DNA of 64,000 bases. Source: Tetramitus jugosus. Its lineage: Eukaryota; Protista; Heterolobosea. Below, piece by piece: positions 1-10,791 of the stretch (position 1 is the stretch's first letter; each line of letters starts with the position of its first letter). The stretch is from positions 186,001-250,000 of the forward strand of contig OW569347.1 in the NCBI GenBank assembly GCA_937625935.1. Direction: 5' to 3'. The translations under genes and the position numbers were made by a program. The notes under the pieces are model-generated. The model saw only the letters and a program-made list of their open reading frames with translations, was not told the origin of the DNA and did no database searches.

Positions 1-1659
1 ACTATCAAATATTCCACCTCCACTATTTCCATTGTGAATGAGCACACTCGATTGAAGCAATACAGGAACAGTGTTGTGTCGAACAATTTTTGAGAGAACA
101 CCCTTAGTTATTGTTGATGTTCTTATGGACGTTCCGACTGTCATTGGATGATACAGTGGATATCCTATGCCATACACTGTTTGACCTTGTTTCATGGGTT
201 GCGTTGCATTGAGAGATACAAAGTGCTTGGGACGAACGCTAGTATCATTGAGCTGAATAACAGCAACATCAAACGGTCCAGTTTTGTTAGTAAATTTGAG
301 AGACGCCGAATAGAATCGATTGTTTCTGTTCAAATTACTTGTATCCTCATCGAATTGCACCGTAATACTCACATCTGTCTTCAGGGCTGTCTTGTCACTG
401 TTCAAAAATGGAGCAAACAGGTGAGCATTTGTCAATATGAATCCCTGTTGACTAATCACAATTCCAGATGACCAAGAATTTGCAATATTGATCAGCACTA
501 CCGATTTCTTCGCATTGTCCATAGAGGGAGATAGTGATTCAAATGGTGAATTACTCGCAAAGCATTGCAATGGTTCAACAATGGGCACGTTCTTTACCAC
601 CTTTTCATTACTAGTTTTGGCAACATCCAATCGTATAACATTATCTACCTCTCTGTATATTGCATTCAGAGTAATCACCAGATTAAAGTCAATGTTGCTG
701 CTCTTGGAACGAATCGGTATCGTACATATGCCTATACAACTGGAATCGGACTTGTAAAACACGCCTCCTCCCTCGGATCCAGGCAACATTCTCGCATCTG
801 TCAAGAAGGCTAAGCATTGATACTTTGAATCACAAATAACATTACTAACGATACCCTTGGAAACCGAATTGGAGAAGCAATCAGGACTAAGTAGCCCAAA
901 CGGCGAAGACACCACATAAACGCTCTTCATCTGCTGAATGACACTCGATGTTCGAAATTCGCCCTGTACACACTGAATCCTGCGCCTATGCTTCTCCGAT
1001 TTAATATCACTCTTTAACAGTTTTAGTACAGCGAAAGAACTAGGAATTAATGATGGTGACGATGTATCAGCAGTAGTGCTACTGTTCCACCCCAGACAAA
1101 AATCATCACAATTCTGATTCAACAACTGATAAATATACTTGTCTGCATTCACATTGTTGACCATATCCAAGAAATGCACGGGAAAGCACGTTTGGGAGAC
1201 ACCATGAATCATCACTGAGAGAGACACAAAGGGAACAAGCTCTTGTTGTTGCTGTTGTGCATCAAACACATGAAACGAGCTACTTTGATGTCGCACCTTT
1301 CTCATAAATGGTTGAATGACACTGGAGCTCGTGAGCATGTAAAAGCTCTTGTCAGTCTCTTGAAAGACGATGCCAGATGCGGAGAAGGTGGACTTGCCGC
1401 AGCCATCAGTTTCATAGAATGGTGCGTTTTTAATCTTGAGTTCTTTGGGATCCTGTGTGGATTCAATTGAAACGCCAAGAATGAAAGATGTGAGTGTTAG
1501 CTTGCATGTGTGAGTGAATCAAGGAGATCAAGAAATCACAACACATACAGGTCCCTCTACAATTATGAGAACGACGGATGACGTAAGCTTATTGTTGTTG
1601 CTTCCATTGGCAAGTGTTATGGTCGCGCTGGTGGTCTCATTGATGTGGGCTGATACCAT
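1..1659 (-). CDS. TYSND1: Peroxisomal PTS2-processing serine protease DEG15/TYSND1 (runs off the window start; intron 1453-1548)
   Basis: Absent from the ORF track because it is open at the window edge. Manual translation: ATG at 1659, GTATGT...CAG intron, spliced VLIIVEGP/DPKELKIKNAPFYETDGCGKSTFSASG, later SPFGLLSPDCFSNSVSKGIVSN and DARMLPGSEGG. These match the plant DEG15 N-terminal protease-like region. Confidence 0.85.
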
Positions 1660-1902
1660 TTTGCATCTTTTTTGTCCAATGTTTCTCCGCAAGTTCATTA
1701 GCTTTCAACTTAAAAATAGACCAGCATTACAAGACAAACCCTTGGGCGGAACTTGAAAGCATCAAGCTTGCGATTCAAAGACAGTCAAACAAATCAAGTT
1801 TGAAGAAAAAAAAAACACAAAACAACAACCAACAACAGGGCTCAAAGCAGCACACAAAACAATATCAACAACAACAACCTTATAAATCAAACAACAATAA
1901 TC

Positions 1903-3602
1903 ATGTCCACATCTCCAGTAGATTCCAACTATGACGAAGACGATGTATATATAGGTGATGAAGAAGACATTGATTTGAATGACGATGACTTGAATGATGA
2001 AGACTTGGAAATGGGAGACGACGACGACGACGATGAAGATGATGAAGAAGAAGAGGACTTTGAGTTTGTGATTGATGATGAAGAAGATGGTAACTCGTGG
2101 GCCATTGATCAATCCAACAATGCACCCACCAAGGAAAAGAATTTTGTTTCGTTGAACGCGGAAGATTTAATAAATCAACAACAAGAACAGGTGATTCATG
2201 TGCATGAGGTGTTGGGTGTGCCATTGGGTATTTCAGGTAGTTTGCTCAGAGCTTATCAATGGAATAAGGAACAGTATGTTGTTTTTTGGTCATTTATTTT
2301 TTTTTGATGTTGTTGTGATGATTGATCATGTAAGCTTACGCCTCGCACTTGCACAAATTTTTTTTGTGATTTTACAAAATATGCAGGCTGTTTTTGGACT
2401 TTTTTGAGAACAAGGATCGCGTGTGTAAAAAAGCAAAGGTTAGCTTAGACGACTATGTGTATCATACAGGTGATCCAAATGATGAAATGACATGTGCAGT
2501 GTGTTATGATGACTTTTCTGGTGATCAGATGCTTGCTCTCTCATGTAAACACTTTTTGTGTAAGGCCTGTTGGAAGGATTACTTGGAAGTGGCAGTCAAG
2601 GATGGACCAAGTTGCCTCCACACGAAATGTCCCTATCCAAAGTGTGGTATCGTTGTAGAAGAAACATTGGTCAAAGAACTCGTGTCACCACAGACTTACA
2701 AGGCCTATTCCAAGTATGTTGCGCGAAGTTTTGTCGATGACAATCCAAGAATTAAGTGGTGTCCCGCACCGGATTGTGGAAAGGCAGTGTTTTGTCCGGA
2801 AAGTGTTACAGATGGTGTCCAGTGCTCCTGTGGTGCCAAATTCTGTTTCAAGTGCAACAGAGAGTCTCATATACCTGCAACCTGTGATCAAGTCACTGCA
2901 TGGCAAAAGAAGGAGAAGGATGAGTCAGAGACGGCTACATGGCTCTCTGCAAACACCAAGGACTGTCCAAAATGCATCCGATCCATCGAAAAGAATGGTG
3001 GTTGTAATCATATGACTTGTTCCTTGTGCAAGTTTGAGTTCTGTTGGGTGTGCATGGATCCATGGACCGATCACTCCTCTGACACTGGTGGCTATTACAA
3101 GTGTAACAAGTACAAGCCAGAGGAGTTGGAGATGAAGACTGGTCATCAAGACAGAGAATCCGCGAGAGCAGCCCTCGAGAAATATATGCATTATTACACA
3201 AGATATGCCAATCACGACAAATCTCAAAGATTTGAAAAGCAGTTAAGAGAGAAGTGTGAGCAAAAGATGAAGGAGTTGACACAAATCAACAAGTATTCAT
3301 CCTGGGTCGATGTAGAATACATTCAAAAAGCAGTGAGCATTCTGATTGAGTGCAGAGGATCTCTCAAGTTTACATATGTTTATGGATATTACTTAGATGA
3401 AGGAAGAGAGAAGCAACTGTTTGAGTATTTGCAGGAAGATCTTGAGCGAGTCACTGAAAAGCTAAGTGAGATACTAGAGAACACACCTGTTGAGAATTTC
3501 AATCGTGACGAAATTATAAGTACTTCTAGAAGTGCAGAGAAGCGTCTCGAGCATCTGCTCAACGATTCAAAGGCTGGTCTGACACGGGACGCAGCCATGT
3601 AA
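1903..3602 (+). CDS. ARIH1: Ariadne-family RBR E3 ubiquitin ligase (intron 2274-2386)
   Basis: Acidic N-terminus, RING1 (CAVC...CKHFLCKAC), IBR (KWCPAPDC), RING2 (CPKC...IEKNGGCNHMTC) and Ariadne domain. A GTATGT...CAG intron joins the two ORFs in frame (WNKEQ/LFLDFFE). Confidence 0.95.
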
Positions 3603-3679
3603 AAAACAACAAATAAAACAAAAAGCTTAAATTTCTCCGAACTGTAGATTTCAGGTTTCATTCGCGAAGCAAACAGATA

Positions 3680-4525
3680 ATGACGAGCCACAGAGTGACC
3701 TCGCGAGAGGTGAACGAGCTAGTTTCAACAAATATTCAACAGAAAATCATTGTTCGGGAGTCAAAGATAAGGAGAGTTACTGAAGAACCTCATCTCGGCC
3801 CGGATGAGTTCTCTTCGCTCCTTGTCCAACATGAAAAGGACGCGTTGAACCAATACTGCGCCTTCAAAAGTGCTGTTACACTTCTGGGAGAGCATTTTAG
3901 CGATATGAAGAAGGAGCTGGATGACCGATTCAAGGACTCTCACAACAAATTCGAAGTATTTAGGACTGGTTATCTGAGAAACTTGAGCAAGTTAGAGAAG
4001 AGACTAAGTGAGTGTGATTCGTCCATTGAGAGTATGCGAAAAACCATTAAAGAAATAGATTACATCCCCCAAGATATTGACAATCTTTCGAAAAGAATCA
4101 TATCCTGCATTGACAACATTGACATATTAAGCGGTAAATTCTCAGGTCTAGAGACCAAGTGGGAAGAACAGTTGAAGAGCATAGAGGACAACATACGCAT
4201 TATTCATAGTACTTTAGAGAGGTCACCACTATCAATTAACGAATCAACTGACATGGAAGATGAGAATCAAATGGAAGACATTAAGAATAGCATCAAAAGG
4301 AGCGAGAAGTTGGCAGAGAAGGAGAAAGAGCAAAACAGAGCTCAGTTTATGCATATTAGTGATCGCCTATCACAACTCTCAATTATAATCGCCAATGAAA
4401 AGATGGCCAGCAGAACATGGATACGTACGCTGTATTTGATGTTCATCAGTGTATTCATAGTTGTTCTGATTATGGTTTTGTTTAACTTTCCAGCACATCA
4501 AGGCAACTTTGATCCACCACATTGA
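3680..4525 (+). CDS. Coiled-coil protein with C-terminal transmembrane anchor, function unknown
   Basis: 281-aa ORF, heptad-rich, with a hydrophobic segment (LYLMFISVFIVVLIMVLF) near the C-terminus. Confidence 0.7.
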   Translation: MTSHRVTSREVNELVSTNIQQKIIVRESKIRRVTEEPHLGPDEFSSLLVQHEKDALNQYCAFKSAVTLLGEHFSDMKKELDDRFKDSHNKFEVFRTGYLRNLSKLEKRLSECDSSIESMRKTIKEIDYIPQDIDNLSKRIISCIDNIDILSGKFSGLETKWEEQLKSIEDNIRIIHSTLERSPLSINESTDMEDENQMEDIKNSIKRSEKLAEKEKEQNRAQFMHISDRLSQLSIIIANEKMASRTWIRTLYLMFISVFIVVLIMVLFNFPAHQGNFDPPH

Positions 4526-4561
4526 TTGTCCTGTACACATTGGTGCATAAAGCTCTATGAT

Positions 4562-7500
4562 TTACAAGGAGAAATCTATGTCATCAACATTACTATTCGT
4601 CGTCTGACAACTTTCAGGAAACGGAAATTGATCCGTAATGGAGAATGTAACTGTATCGTCATTTGTATTGACGCGTGGAACTTCCTTGTCCTCCTTCACC
4701 CAGGAAAATAGTCGCATGCACATGTGAGCCAAAGCGATCGATCTTTGTCGGGCAACAACAATTTTGTGGTTCTTATTGATAACGGCAGGCTCACTGTCAC
4801 ACTCAGAACTCTGTCCATCCAACTCCTCTTCACTACTTGAATCATCATCATCATCATCTGATCCAGAACTAGCACTGTCTTCAAAGAACTTGGAGTAGTG
4901 TGTTTTGGAGCTTTGCCTCGTTTTTCTACTAATCTTAGTCTTCATGCGGGAGTTCTGGAATATACTGTCGTCTTCTTCTTCACTTGATGAATTCGTTGAT
5001 ATGATGCGTGTCGTAGTTCTCCTGTAGCGATTTGTTTTGTGCGGACCTGGGTTCGAACAGTTCATACACACAAAACCAGATTCATATAAAATCGTTTCGG
5101 CTCGTGCCGGGTCATTGCTCTCTTGACAGATGCAATTCAGACACACTGTCCTTTTACATTGATCGCACATTAATCTCGGCTGTGAGTATGAGGAACATCC
5201 AAGACAACCAACAGTTTTGAGAGTGCTGAGGAGATGCTCTCCAATATACACTGTATGAAAAGGATTTTTGACCGTCGATCTCCGTCCAACAAATAAATTA
5301 GTGTTCAATTTTTTGCCTCTTGCAGATCTCTTCTGGAATATATTGGGGAAGGTATTCCTGACTTTCTCAGGTGCTTCTCTCTTTTGAAATTGAAGAATTT
5401 TGGTTTTGAATTGGATAGTTTTTGTTCCATCCTTCGAGGTTGTTATACTGTTTGGTTTTCGTGCGCGTGGAGGTTGTGCTTTCCTAGTACCCTGTCGTGC
5501 AGAGGAGGGGACAGCTGAGACAGTAGATATGAGTGATTGTTTTGATTGAGCATTACTGCTGGTACCACTACCGTTGCTGTTGCTGCTTCTGTTATTACGA
5601 GTAACTTTGCGACTGCTACGAGGTGGTTGCTTATTGTTGCTAGAGGCAGAAAGGTTTGTTGACAATTGCTTAATAGTTCGCGGTTGCGCAGGAGCATTTG
5701 GTTTGGTCTCCGTCTTTATCGTTTCATTCTCTCGGTGAGCACTAAATAGTAGTGTGCGTACATGCGACAATAAACTCGTAGTGTTGCTCGACTGATCGTT
5801 GCTATGAAGTGAAATCGCTTGGTGCATTGTCAATAGTGCGCTTCGCTTTTGATTCAATGACGATTTTGTCAAAATATTCGACAGCAGTGTCGTCCATATA
5901 TTGCTATCAGAAATGTTCAATGCGGAAATGAACAACTTATTGTCTATTCTCTCACATTTCTTGACACTCATGTTTAAACGGTGACTAAAGTAGATGGTCA
6001 ACAGAACAGATTGAATATAAATAGGATTGTCTTGCAGTTTCTGAGAGTCTGTAAAGTGAGACAGAAACACGTTCCAATGATAAATGTTCTTGCTCAAGTA
6101 TGGCTTGGATGGATCATCGTTTGTAAACATTGTTGTTAACCTCTAATAAATGCATCATGGTAAAATCATTAGTAAGTTCAACTCATTTCATCAAATCATC
6201 ATCAATAATCACAATTTCAAAAAATACGACTTCATACCTCTGTCAACGGTTCAAATGTCGCAGTCAATTCACATAGTTTCTTCGTTTCTTCCCTGTGCTG
6301 CTGCACAAACATGGTCATCAACCGCATGAACAACGTAGTTCGATAGGCAAGTGGTGATGATTGCTCCGATTTGATACATGTTAAAATGGATCGTATCATA
6401 ACATAAGGACTCGTATACTGTGATATGACTTGTGAAATGGCCTCACTCACTCGTTTCTTGTGCGGTCCACTGTACTCCAACAGTGTACAGAACCCTGAGA
6501 CAATCTCTTGTCTGGCAGACGACGGAGAACACATGGCCCAAAAATCAACAATATCAATCAATAGATGCTTGTGTGCATTCACAAGGTTCATCCGCTGCAA
6601 AATGCTCAACAATCGCCCCGCCAAGTTCAAACTACTCAGTCCATGATCCGAATGGATCGATATGGCCAACGAGAATAGAGAATAACGTTCCTTGTGAGTC
6701 GAATCCACCTCCTGATTCAACATTTGAGTCAATTGCGACGATAGAATCACACCTTGTTTTTTTTCCTTTGTTCGCATCAACATGCTAGTAGCATCATTGA
6801 CATGAGCATCGTTTATCCATCCTTCCACAAGCATGATCAACTGGACAAACACTTTGCGAATCAATGATTTGTCCATGGTTTCATTAGGCAGAAAATAGCG
6901 ATGAATAGAGTACATGACCAACATCAAGTGCTCCTCTCTCGTGTACTCTTCGTCCATGTATTGGATCACTGAGGGAAATTTTTTCCGAAGTAACAGTTGA
7001 TCATTGAGATTGATGAGTGCAGTACACAGTGGTTCCAGATATGCAATATTTGCATTTTCTATTGTTGTTGTTGTTGTAACATCGCCTCCATTCTCTGTTG
7101 TTGTTGCTGCTGCGATGGAATTCATTGTAGTTGCAATCGTATCTACAGTAGTGTCAACCATGGTGGTTGAATCATCATCATTATTCATATTGTTAGTATT
7201 AGTGATGTTGTTTTGAGTGGTGGTACTTCTTCTTGCTCTCTTCAACATTTGACTTCTCGTATTTTTCACATGATCCTCATTGTTCATGTCTACTGTGCTT
7301 CGCTTTCTTTTTCTTCTCATGTTTTGTTGTTGTTGTTGCTGTTGTTGTTGAGTGACAATTGCATCAGTTGTTGTTGTTGTTGTTGTGGTAGTTGATCCTT
7401 CATGACTTGCTAATATTGTTGTTATTGCTGTTGTTGTTGTTGTTGTTGTTGTTGGTTCATCAGTTGTTGTTGATGAGAATGATGAGGATGATGTTGTGTT

Positions 7501-7602
7501 AGGGAGATCAGAATCATCACCTCTGGTTCGTTTTCGTCTTCGTCGCATGGTTGTGGCTTCTGTGAGGGCAGCAGTCGCAGTGTGGGACCTCCTTGTTGTC
7601 AT
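4562..7602 (-). CDS. Unknown nuclear protein: low-complexity N-terminus, helical middle, ADD-type (ATRX/DNMT3-like) PHD finger (intron 6143-6237)
   Basis: Two long ORFs joined by a phase-0 GTATGA...TAG intron (PLTE/RLTTMF). Basic NLS-like runs. Cys pattern CLGC-x9-CDQC-x4-CLNC-x21-CMNC. Confidence 0.7.
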
Positions 7603-7771
7603 GGTATGTTTTTTGTATTGTGGTGCGTGTTTCTTGTTGTTGATCACACGATCGTTGTGAATTTTGTGTTTTTTTGGTTCAGCTTCTTCCTCCTACTTGG
7701 CTTGGGACCGTTTTTGTCGCTACAGTAGTAACTGGCAATTGGTGTTATGGTGATGATGATGGATGGCATGT

Positions 7772-10021
7772 TCAACAATCAACTTTATTGGTTTTGTTAT
7801 TGTATTCGTGTCCAATGCCAGCTGCGATGAAGAGAAGCTCTTCAAGTTTAATTGTGAGCAAGTGGAGATCGCTCGGTTCAAATTCATGGAATGCCATCAT
7901 TGTCTCAGCGAGGAATGAATACTGGATGTGAAATTGGTCTTGGTTCGTATTCTGTCGATGTGGTATCTCAGATAGTGCGAACTCATCAAGCTTCTTCCGC
8001 TTGTTCAGAGCATCATAACGAATATATCGCTGTGAGTAGTAGTGCAGAAGTTTCTCGTCCGATTTACTCTCGCTCCGCAACTCAGTGAACTCGGGATCAT
8101 TCTTGATTTTCTCAATCAGCAATGAATAGGGATTCTTTCGCGATGGTCCATCCTTTGAAATCAGGTCCTTGATGCTTGTAATGTAGTCAACCATCGTCGA
8201 TGCTACATTGTGGGGAGCTTGGTAATTGGATTGCAAATGGTTGTCCTCTCCCTTCATATATTTGTTAAATGTTCCTAAACTCATAATATCTAACAAATCA
8301 AACGTTGTGAGTGAACGGTTTTGGAAAAGGGAAGGGCTGTGCAGGAGTTGGAACTTTTCCATCAGAGGACCCAACAATTCCTCGTGCTTCTCATTGGATC
8401 GCATAATTATGCCCAATACCATGAGTGTCCACACCTTGTCTGTTAGCGCTTCATTCTCACACAGACCAAATCGAAGTTTTAGAGCGATAATCATATACGC
8501 GGAAATTTGAATCTCTGGGGGTATTTGTCGCAGTTTTCCTGTTTGCTCGCTCCTCTCCTCTTTACTGAACCAAAAGTCCATGGTAGCAGAACGCATATTG
8601 GGTCCTTCTTCAACCCCTATATTGTGATATAGCTTGATTAGATTGGAGGTATATCGAACAATATCGGCCTTCAACGGATCACTGTTCGATAGATACAAGC
8701 ACTCAGTGCACATTCGATGTATGTAGGACTCACAATGCACTCGTGGAATAGAAATACTGAGTCCTGATTCGTACATGTATGCGAGCTTCTTCCATAACAC
8801 CTTTGGAGATGGAATAGTGGCATCTCTGAACATTTTAATGTACGAGTACTGCGTGACAAATGGTCTATGCATGTTATGAAAAACGATGCTGGGCCTAAAG
8901 TACAGCGTATTGGCAGCCAGTTTTCTCCAAGCAGAGTCTTTCATCAATCTTCCACACACATTCCGGTAAGGAAAAGACCCTTCTTGTGCCCATCTTCTAA
9001 TTTCATTCAACATGATTGGTTCTCTTGCTTTTAGACAAGCAAGATAGCAAAAGAGTATAGTATCGGCAGGTGTAGGCAAACTGGACCACATAAAATTGTT
9101 CTCATAATCTCCCTCATCAATAATCAGATAGGAGCGATAGAGCAATTGCATGTATGATAGAGCGTTATCAGCTTTGGGCACTTGGACTTTACCTGTTGCA
9201 ATATCCAACATGATATCACTACTCTTCTTGATCAATAGTTGTTGAATACTCATATCATCGGACACAACACCTCCACTCGTAATATTCATTGACACCAGTT
9301 CCTTCTCGACATCCAAATGAGCCACACGATATCCAGTAGGCAAATCCATCATTTCACCTCGATTGACTGCATCATTGATCAACATGCCTTCTCTCTGTGC
9401 CTTTTGTCTCTCTTTTCGACCGGCCATTCTCTTCTTGTACGTATCAGCCACTTGTTGCTCAAGATGCTGTGCCTCAAACGCCATATCGGCCCTTGACAAC
9501 ACTTCGTGCGCACTCGATTTTCTCTGCCGATAGAATTCGACCACATCTTCCACTGCAAAACGTCTCTCGATCCGAATTGCATCCAAATATCGGAACCACA
9601 CTTGTCCGCCACAGTGCTTAATCAAGGGCGAAAATCCACGTTGTTCCACCAAATAATCCAACTGATGCATCAAAATCCTCTGGTAACAATCGAGAAAGCA
9701 CTGAATCGGATGCGGCAAGTGTTCTGGTGCTTCATTCGTCAATGAAGCGTCAATGTACTCTGGTACGCCTCCATTGTCTGTCGGTTCACTCATTGGAGTG
9801 TGCTGAGACGATGTTGGTTGTGAAGTTTGACTCGATCTCACATTTTGAATCGAAGAAATTCTGTTTCCCAGTGTTCTTGCAGATGATTCATTGATGAGAC
9901 CATCGTGTTCTTCGTATTCATGATACCGAGGCACTTCGAAGCCACAAAAGGAGCAGTGAGAAGCATCGGAGCGAATAATGGACTGACATGAGGAGCAACG
10001 CACATATCTGACATCACTCAT
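7772..10021 (-). CDS. TAF1B: RNA polymerase I initiation factor TAF1B/RRN7
   Basis: N-terminal zinc ribbon (CSSC...CSFC). YQRILMHQLDYLV...QVWFRYL and TILFCYLACLKAREPIMLNEIRRWAQEGSFPY resemble the Rrn7 cyclin-fold motifs. Confidence 0.75.
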   Translation of the reverse strand: MSDVRYVRCSSCQSIIRSDASHCSFCGFEVPRYHEYEEHDGLINESSARTLGNRISSIQNVRSSQTSQPTSSQHTPMSEPTDNGGVPEYIDASLTNEAPEHLPHPIQCFLDCYQRILMHQLDYLVEQRGFSPLIKHCGGQVWFRYLDAIRIERRFAVEDVVEFYRQRKSSAHEVLSRADMAFEAQHLEQQVADTYKKRMAGRKERQKAQREGMLINDAVNRGEMMDLPTGYRVAHLDVEKELVSMNITSGGVVSDDMSIQQLLIKKSSDIMLDIATGKVQVPKADNALSYMQLLYRSYLIIDEGDYENNFMWSSLPTPADTILFCYLACLKAREPIMLNEIRRWAQEGSFPYRNVCGRLMKDSAWRKLAANTLYFRPSIVFHNMHRPFVTQYSYIKMFRDATIPSPKVLWKKLAYMYESGLSISIPRVHCESYIHRMCTECLYLSNSDPLKADIVRYTSNLIKLYHNIGVEEGPNMRSATMDFWFSKEERSEQTGKLRQIPPEIQISAYMIIALKLRFGLCENEALTDKVWTLMVLGIIMRSNEKHEELLGPLMEKFQLLHSPSLFQNRSLTTFDLLDIMSLGTFNKYMKGEDNHLQSNYQAPHNVASTMVDYITSIKDLISKDGPSRKNPYSLLIEKIKNDPEFTELRSESKSDEKLLHYYSQRYIRYDALNKRKKLDEFALSEIPHRQNTNQDQFHIQYSFLAETMMAFHEFEPSDLHLLTIKLEELLFIAAGIGHEYNNKTNKVDC

Positions 10022-10164
10022 CTTTTAAGTTGTGTGGTGCAATGCAATCAAATTTTATGTTGTCTCTTTTTTGAATTCAAATTTTGGTGTTCAGCGATTC
10101 GATTGAATGTTGATCGGATTTTTGGTTGGAGGCGGAAAAATTTACAGTCGGCGGTTGTTGTATT

Positions 10165-10726
10165 CTAGTATTGTTTCTGTTTCAGAATGAAGATGCGATA
10201 AAAGTTGACTAGCTCTATGCACAAAGGGATGACACAACAAACAGTCCAAACAATCCACAATCTCTGATAGTGCCATATGTGAATGAGAAACAGGCAGCAC
10301 GAAACACCACCTGTGAAATTGAAAATGATGCTGGTCACTGATATGTTGTGGTTAAAGAAGGAACATCCCCCGATGTGACCAATCATCTGCACACCAAGTG
10401 ATATCAGAGAAAGAACACAAACTGCGATAATTCTTTCGTTATTGTTGATTTAGCATTGTATACTTTTCAAAGACAACACTCTATGGCTCATGTCGAAGTG
10501 TAACTTACTCTGAATTGGCTCCCTTCTCGTGTTCACTGTATGATTTCAAAGGTTTGTTCCAAGAGTAATTTGCTGTTTGATTATTCATTTCGTACCGATA
10601 GCTCAGGGTCTTCTCAATGTTTATCTCTTTGTGAAACAATATCAGAATCAATGAAAATATGAACCCGAGAGTGATCAAGAAACGAACTGGAGGTATAAGC
10701 GAACTGAAAAGGTTGTTAGATGACAT
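10165..10726 (-). CDS. TMEM107: TMEM107-like ciliary transition-zone membrane protein (intron 10433-10508)
   Basis: SLIPPVRFLITL...HKEINIEKTL, then GGCSFFN...CCVIPLCIEL...FILKQKQY parallels TMEM107 (LVPSRFLTL...SRDSNI...SGVSMFN...CSALPAVTE...LKKKPF). Phase-2 GTAAGT...AAG intron. Confidence 0.8.
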
Positions 10727-10791
10727 TATTGCTATGCTTCTTGATCTTTAGGTTTGCGCAGAAATTTTATTCACGTGTTTTGGTAGAAGAG

